From assembly GCA_037443035.1 (NCBI GenBank), contig JBBIPC010000033.1:1-22789 (forward strand): a stretch of DNA of 22,789 nucleotides, in the 5' to 3' direction. The translations under genes and the position numbers were made by a program. This document shows, piece after piece, positions 18,069-22,789 of this stretch (positions within the stretch are counted from its first letter, which is position 1; every line of letters begins with the position of its first letter). This DNA is from Chthonomonadales bacterium (GTDB lineage Bacteria > Armatimonadota > Chthonomonadetes > Chthonomonadales > CAJBBX01). The notes under the pieces are model-generated. The model was not told the origin of the DNA. It worked only from the letters and a program-made list of their open reading frames with translations, and did no database searches.

Positions 18069-19538
18069 ATGACAGAGGAAAGGTCGGCAGGGCGACGCGC
18101 GCGTGAGGAGCTGACACCGGCGCGCATCGTCGAGGAGCTGGACAAGTACATCGTCGGTCAGAAGGATGCGAAGCGGGCCGTAGCAGTTGCCTTGCGCAAT
18201 CGCTACCGCCGGAGGATGCTACCGCCTGATCTACGAGACGAGGTCATCCCCAAGAACATTCTCATGATCGGTCCCACGGGCGTCGGTAAGAGCGAGATCG
18301 CCAGACGGCTGGCTGCGCTGACATCGGCCCCGTTCGTGAAGATCGAGGCGACGAAGTTCACCGAGGTCGGCTATGTAGGACGCGACGTCGACTCGGTGGT
18401 TCGGGATCTGATGCAGACAGCCTACCGACTGGTCGAGGCGGAGCGCATGGCCGAGGTCGAAGAGGAAGCACGGCAGCGCGCCATTGATCGTATCGTGGAT
18501 ATCATGCAACCTGCAGGACGCCGTAGCCGCGGCGACCGACCGTCTGCCTCCAGCTTCCAGGTAACACTCGGCTCCATCTTCGGGGGCGCCACCCATCCCA
18601 TCCGCCCCGACCAGGAAGACGACGACCGGGAAGAGGACGAGAGCCTCCGCGAGCGTCGAGCGCGTATCAGAGGCCGTCTCCGCGAGCAGGTCGCAGCCGG
18701 CCTCAAGGATGACGAGCGCATCGAGATCGAGGTGGAGCAGTCCCATACCCCGTCCGTGCAGGTCTTCACGCCCCAGGGCATGGAGGAGATGGCCATGGAC
18801 CTCCAGTCGAGCCTCGGCAGCCTTTTCGGAGGCAAGCGCAAGCCACGGGTCATGACGGTACGAGAAGCACTGGACGTGCTCCAGCAAGAAGAGGCAAGGA
18901 AACTCGTGGACCGCGACGCTCTGGTCCACGAGGCCATCGAGCGAGCTGAACAGGATGGCATCGTTTTCATAGACGAGATTGACAAGATTGCGGGACGAGA
19001 AGGCGGCGTGGGCCCGGATGTCTCCCGAGAAGGTGTGCAGAGGGACCTTCTGCCCATCATCGAAGGGTCCACCGTGACGACGAAGTACGGACCTGTCAGG
19101 ACGGATCACGTCCTGTTCATCTGTGCCGGTGCGTTCAACGTATCCAAGCCGTCGGACCTCATACCGGAGCTTCAGGGGCGCCTTCCCATACGCGTCGAGC
19201 TGGAGAGTCTGGGCGAAGAGGACTTCCGAAGGATTCTGACCGAACCCAAGAACGCCTTGGTACGCCAGTACACAGCCCTCCTGGCAACGGAAGGGATCGC
19301 GCTGGAGTTCACCGAGGATGCTATCGCCGAGATTTCCCGCATAGCTGCCATGGTGAACACTCAGAGCGAGAATATCGGGGCGCGCCGCCTTCATACGGTC
19401 ATGGAGCGGCTGCTGGAGGAGATATCCTTCCAAGCTCCCGACCTGCCGGAGAAATCCGTGCGCATCGACAGCGAATACGTGCGCCAAAGGCTATCCGGCA
19501 TCGCTGGCGATACGGATCTCAGTCGGTACATCCTCTGA
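18069..19538 (+). CDS. hslU: ATP-dependent protease ATPase subunit HslU (ClpY)
   Basis: [17 protein letters not shown], Walker A GPTGVGKS, pore loop EVGYVG, Walker [26 protein letters not shown] and C-terminal DLSRYIL. ATG 18069 follows GTGAGG. Confidence 0.97.
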   Translation: MTEERSAGRRAREELTPARIVEELDKYIVGQKDAKRAVAVALRNRYRRRMLPPDLRDEVIPKNILMIGPTGVGKSEIARRLAALTSAPFVKIEATKFTEVGYVGRDVDSVVRDLMQTAYRLVEAERMAEVEEEARQRAIDRIVDIMQPAGRRSRGDRPSASSFQVTLGSIFGGATHPIRPDQEDDDREEDESLRERRARIRGRLREQVAAGLKDDERIEIEVEQSHTPSVQVFTPQGMEEMAMDLQSSLGSLFGGKRKPRVMTVREALDVLQQEEARKLVDRDALVHEAIERAEQDGIVFIDEIDKIAGREGGVGPDVSREGVQRDLLPIIEGSTVTTKYGPVRTDHVLFICAGAFNVSKPSDLIPELQGRLPIRVELESLGEEDFRRILTEPKNALVRQYTALLATEGIALEFTEDAIAEISRIAAMVNTQSENIGARRLHTVMERLLEEISFQAPDLPEKSVRIDSEYVRQRLSGIAGDTDLSRYIL

Positions 19539-19580
19539 GGACGCGGCATACTTGCCGTAGGTCCGGTACCAGCGCTCAGG

Positions 19581-19586
19581 TACAAT
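19581..19586 (+). promoter_or_regulatory. -10 box TACAAT of a probable leaderless promoter
   Basis: TACAAT-CCTTCGC-ATG: -10 box 7 nt before the ATG, pyrimidine-rich spacer, no SD. Confidence 0.55.
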
Positions 19587-19593
19587 CCTTCGC

Positions 19594-20562
19594 ATGGTTG
19601 CAGAGGTTAAGCCACGGACCGGACGGGCGAGCGTCATAGCCCGCCAGCACACCATCAACGGCCTGCTTTTCACTGCGCCGGCGATTGTGGGCCTCGCGCT
19701 GCTGACGGTGTACCCTCTGGCGGCTTCCCTCTATTACAGTTTCTGCTCCTACTCCGCGCTGAAGCCGCCCATCTGGGTGGGGCTGGGCAACTATCGGCTT
19801 ATCTGGCGCGACCTCACGCACCACGGCCTACTCTTCGAGTCCATATGGAACACGATCTACTACTCGGTGTTCGCCGTTCCGCTGGGCATCGTCGCCGCAT
19901 TCCTACTTGCCTTGCTGTTGAACCAGAAGGTAAGGGGTCAGGCCTTCTTCCGCACACTCTTCTACGTTCCGTCGGTGGTACCGGTGGTGGCATCGTCCGT
20001 CCTGTGGCTATGGCTTCTGAACCCACAGCACGGCCTGGTGAACCTCATGGCGCGGTGGACCGGTATCGAGCGTCTTCTGGGCGTAGCTGGCGTGAAGACG
20101 CCCATCGGTTGGCTGGCGGACCCGGCATGGTCCAAGCCTGCGCTCATTCTCATGAGCCTGTGGGGCGTGGGCAATGCCATGGTGATATTCCTGGCCGGTC
20201 TGCAGGGCGTGCCGGAAGAGTACTATGAGGCGGCAGAGCTGGATGGTGCCTCGTCCTGGCAGAAGACCGTCCACATTACTGCACCCATGATGAGTCCCCA
20301 TATCCTGTTCATGCTCATCATGGGCCTCATCGGGTCGTTCCAGTACTTCACCCAGGCGTGGGTCATGACGAACGGCACAGGTAGTCCGGCCAACAGCACG
20401 ATGATGTATCCCATGTACCTGTTCCAGAACGCGTTCCAGTTCTTCAAGATGGGCTACGCATGCGCCATGGCCTGGCTGCTCTTCGTGGCGATCGTTGCTG
20501 CCACGGCGTTCATCTTCAAGACCTCGGCAAGGTATGTGTACTACGGCGGCGAGGGTCGCTAG
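19594..20562 (+). CDS. Carbohydrate ABC transporter permease (MalF/CUT1-type)
   Basis: YPLAASLYYSF, WVGLGNY, FFRTLFYVPSVV, EAA loop LQGVPEEYYEAAELDGA, IGSFQYF and KMGYACAMAW. Confidence 0.93.
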   Translation: MVAEVKPRTGRASVIARQHTINGLLFTAPAIVGLALLTVYPLAASLYYSFCSYSALKPPIWVGLGNYRLIWRDLTHHGLLFESIWNTIYYSVFAVPLGIVAAFLLALLLNQKVRGQAFFRTLFYVPSVVPVVASSVLWLWLLNPQHGLVNLMARWTGIERLLGVAGVKTPIGWLADPAWSKPALILMSLWGVGNAMVIFLAGLQGVPEEYYEAAELDGASSWQKTVHITAPMMSPHILFMLIMGLIGSFQYFTQAWVMTNGTGSPANSTMMYPMYLFQNAFQFFKMGYACAMAWLLFVAIVAATAFIFKTSARYVYYGGEGR

Positions 20563-20729
20563 AAGATGGTCTGGCTCCGCGACGTGATGGGAACGGGCCT
20601 CTAGCCGCGCTCACCAACGCCTCATGTCGTCCTCCGTCGCTCACCTGGGGATGGAGGTTTTCCCTGCCCCGCGATATGTACGCTACACTACCGCAATGCC
20701 CATCTGGCGAAGCTCTGTAGGAGGTCTCC

Positions 20730-22310
20730 ATGCAAATCTCACGGGAAACGTACCGCTCCAAGGTTCTCGGGTGCTGGCTGGGGAAGAACATTGGCGGGAC
20801 GCTCGGCGCGCCCTTCGAGTGGCGCCGGCAGGTCAATAACGTCACGTTCTACACGCAGGACCTTGGCGGTGAACCACTGCCGAACGATGATCTGGACATA
20901 CAACTCCTCTGGCTCGTCGCTCTGGAAGAACAGGGTGTGGACCTCGACGCACACATCCTTGCGGATTACTGGTGCCTGTACGTGACGCCACACTGGTGCG
21001 AATACGGCACCGCGAAGATCAACATGCGTCAGGGGCTCCTTCCGCCGCTGTCCGGCACGCTGCACAACGCCTACCGCCATAGCTGCGGAGCTTTCATCCG
21101 CTCGGAGATCTGGGCATGCATTTGCCCGGCCAGACCCGACCTGGCCGCTCGCTACGCCTTCGAAGATGGCATTCTCGACCATGGCAACGGCGAGGGGACC
21201 TATGCCGAGGTCTTCGTGGCCGCTATGGAGTCGGCTGCGTTCGTGGTTCCTGACCTGCGAAGGCTGATCGAGATCGGTCTCTCGTACATTCCCGAACACT
21301 GCGGCGTAGCCGAAGCCGTCCACACGGCGCTGGAATGCTTCGACGCCGGCAAGACGTGGCTCGAAGCCCGCAACGAGATTCTCGAGAGGCACCGTGGTGG
21401 TGCTTTCTGGCACATGCCGGAACTCGTCAGCGCCGAAGACCGGGCGCGACGTTTCGCCGAGGGCGTGGTGGGATACGATGTGCCCTCCAACATAGGCATG
21501 ACAGTGCTGGGCATGCTCTACGGTGGCGAGGATTTCGGTAGGGTCCTCTGTACGACGGTCAACTGCGGCGAGGATACGGATTGCACGGCTGCCACGGCAG
21601 GCTCCCTCTACGGCATCATGTACGGGGCGGAGGCCATTCCTGAGAAGTGGATCGCGCCCATCGGCCGCCGTATCAAGACGGCATGCCTCAACCTCGGCGA
21701 GCTGGGTTACTTCGGCAATCAGCTACCCCAGACGGTGGACGAGATGACCGACCGAACCGAGCTGGTGGCACGCCAGGTGCTCCTCCGCCACGGAGGACCG
21801 GAGATAGCATGGACCGCCGGTTCCGGCGAGGCTACTCCGGATGGAGCCGGCGATTCGCAAGACATCGCGGTCCTCGCTGCTAACCTCGTGGCCAAGGACC
21901 ACGGCGCATTCCTCTACCGGGCGATGAACGGCCCGCGCTTCGACTTCCCGTTCTTCACCGTGGCTCTGGACTATGGCGAGACGCCGGAGATACGAGACTG
22001 CGAACCCAAGACCGTACGCGTGATGATCTATAACCGCTACAAGGTGCAGGCTAATCTCTCTGTACGGTGGTTCGCGCCGCCCGACTGGACCGTGGCCCCA
22101 TCGGACACGGCCTTCGCCATGAGCCTGCCAGCCAACCTCGACCGCGACCCCGTAGCACTGACCTTCGAGGTGACGTGCCCCAGGGTTACGCGAGCCCTCG
22201 AGCGTGCTGTGGTGCAGATAACCATCGAAGGCCGACCAACGGTCATGACAGTGCCCGTCATGTTCTTGAACGGCAACGGCAAGTCGCTGGCCAGTTCGGA
22301 GCCGTCGTAG
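20730..22310 (+). CDS. ADP-ribosylglycohydrolase-family protein with C-terminal beta-rich domain
   Basis: GCWLGKNIGGTLGAPFE, PNDDLD, GAFIRSEIWA and NCGEDTDCTAATAG (metal-binding DxD). SD AGGAGG. About 130 extra C-terminal residues look beta-sandwich-like. Confidence 0.88.
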   Translation: MQISRETYRSKVLGCWLGKNIGGTLGAPFEWRRQVNNVTFYTQDLGGEPLPNDDLDIQLLWLVALEEQGVDLDAHILADYWCLYVTPHWCEYGTAKINMRQGLLPPLSGTLHNAYRHSCGAFIRSEIWACICPARPDLAARYAFEDGILDHGNGEGTYAEVFVAAMESAAFVVPDLRRLIEIGLSYIPEHCGVAEAVHTALECFDAGKTWLEARNEILERHRGGAFWHMPELVSAEDRARRFAEGVVGYDVPSNIGMTVLGMLYGGEDFGRVLCTTVNCGEDTDCTAATAGSLYGIMYGAEAIPEKWIAPIGRRIKTACLNLGELGYFGNQLPQTVDEMTDRTELVARQVLLRHGGPEIAWTAGSGEATPDGAGDSQDIAVLAANLVAKDHGAFLYRAMNGPRFDFPFFTVALDYGETPEIRDCEPKTVRVMIYNRYKVQANLSVRWFAPPDWTVAPSDTAFAMSLPANLDRDPVALTFEVTCPRVTRALERAVVQITIEGRPTVMTVPVMFLNGNGKSLASSEPS

Positions 22311-22349
22311 CGCTCCGTTTCCGGCAACGCGTCCGTCTTACGATGTGGT

Positions 22350-22789
22350 GCCGCCCGCGCCTGTCCCCTCCAACCGCGACGATGAATCGTCGAGCTACGA
22401 ACACGAATCCCGCACCTGCGGGATCAACGGCAACCGACGAACGTGGGTTTGGTGAACACAGACCGGCAATGCATTGCCGGGCATCCGTTGCCGGGCGGGA
22501 ATGCACGGGCACACATCATCTACCGCACGTGTCCCGTCCAACCCCGACGATGAATCGTCGGGCTAGGAACACGAATCCCGCGTCCGCGGGATCAACAGCA
22601 ACCCACGAGTGTGGGTTTCGTGAACACAGACCGACAATCCATTGCCGGGCGTGCGTTACCGTGTGAGAATGGACGTTTACACATGGCCTACCGCACGTGT
22701 CTCGTGCAACCGCGACGATGAATCGTCGGGCTACGAACACGAATCCCGCGTCCGCGGGATCAACAGCAACCCACGAGTGTGGGTTTCGT
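22350..22789. repeat. Tandem array of 168-bp palindrome-rich REP/REPIN-like units (at least 2.6 copies, cut by the window end)
   Basis: The anchor CAACC(G/C)CGACGATGAATCGTCG recurs at 22371, 22539 and 22707, an exact 168-bp period. Four hairpins per unit: CGACGATGAATCGTCG; ATCCCGC(ACCT/GTCC)GCGGGAT; AACC(G/C)ACGA(AC/GT)GTGGGTT; CCG(G/A)CAAT(G/C)CATTGCCGG. Confidence 0.92.

Noticed and set aside
22067..22740. ORFs over the terminal repeat (22067-22666 +, 22258-22512 -, 22516-22740 -)
   Set aside because: Although 168 is a multiple of 3, two of these ORFs overlap the ADP-ribosylglycohydrolase gene, stops interrupt the repeat frames, and the variation preserves base pairing rather than amino acids.
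22350..22789. CRISPR array
   Set aside because: The period is 168 bp and the sequence between palindromes is homologous from unit to unit rather than unique spacers. No cas genes are in the window.

Overview
A GC-rich bacterial chromosomal segment with 17 protein-coding genes. The prepilin-type/DUF1559 protein ([29 protein letters not shown]...[20 protein letters not shown]) and the many carbohydrate genes suggest Armatimonadota; this is inference. Left part (1-11.5 kb): a secreted GH99/GH71-like protein that runs off the left edge and is missing from the ORF track, a GH36-type glycosidase, a SAM methyltransferase, a Tat-type heparinase II/III-family lyase, a minus-strand operon (sugar ABC permease, Tat serine hydrolase, GHMP kinase strongly resembling plant glucuronokinase), and an aldo/keto-reductase-like hypothetical. 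Right part: glnS, a DUF1559 pseudopilin gene with a small Pro/Gly-rich membrane partner under a near-consensus sigma70 promoter, an SDR, an unusual ispG-sucC-hslU run with no sucD or hslV in the window, a second sugar ABC permease and an ADP-ribosylglycohydrolase-family gene. The window ends in a non-coding tandem array with an exact 168-bp period. Each unit holds two inverted copies of a roughly 50-nt two-hairpin REP-like (GTAG-type) element, and a solo copy of that element lies 17 kb away at 5022-5070. Best leads: this repeat system, the plant-type glucuronokinase, two separated and apparently leaderless permeases, and a shared upstream motif on two secreted carbohydrate enzymes. No rRNA, tRNA, CRISPR array or transposase was seen.
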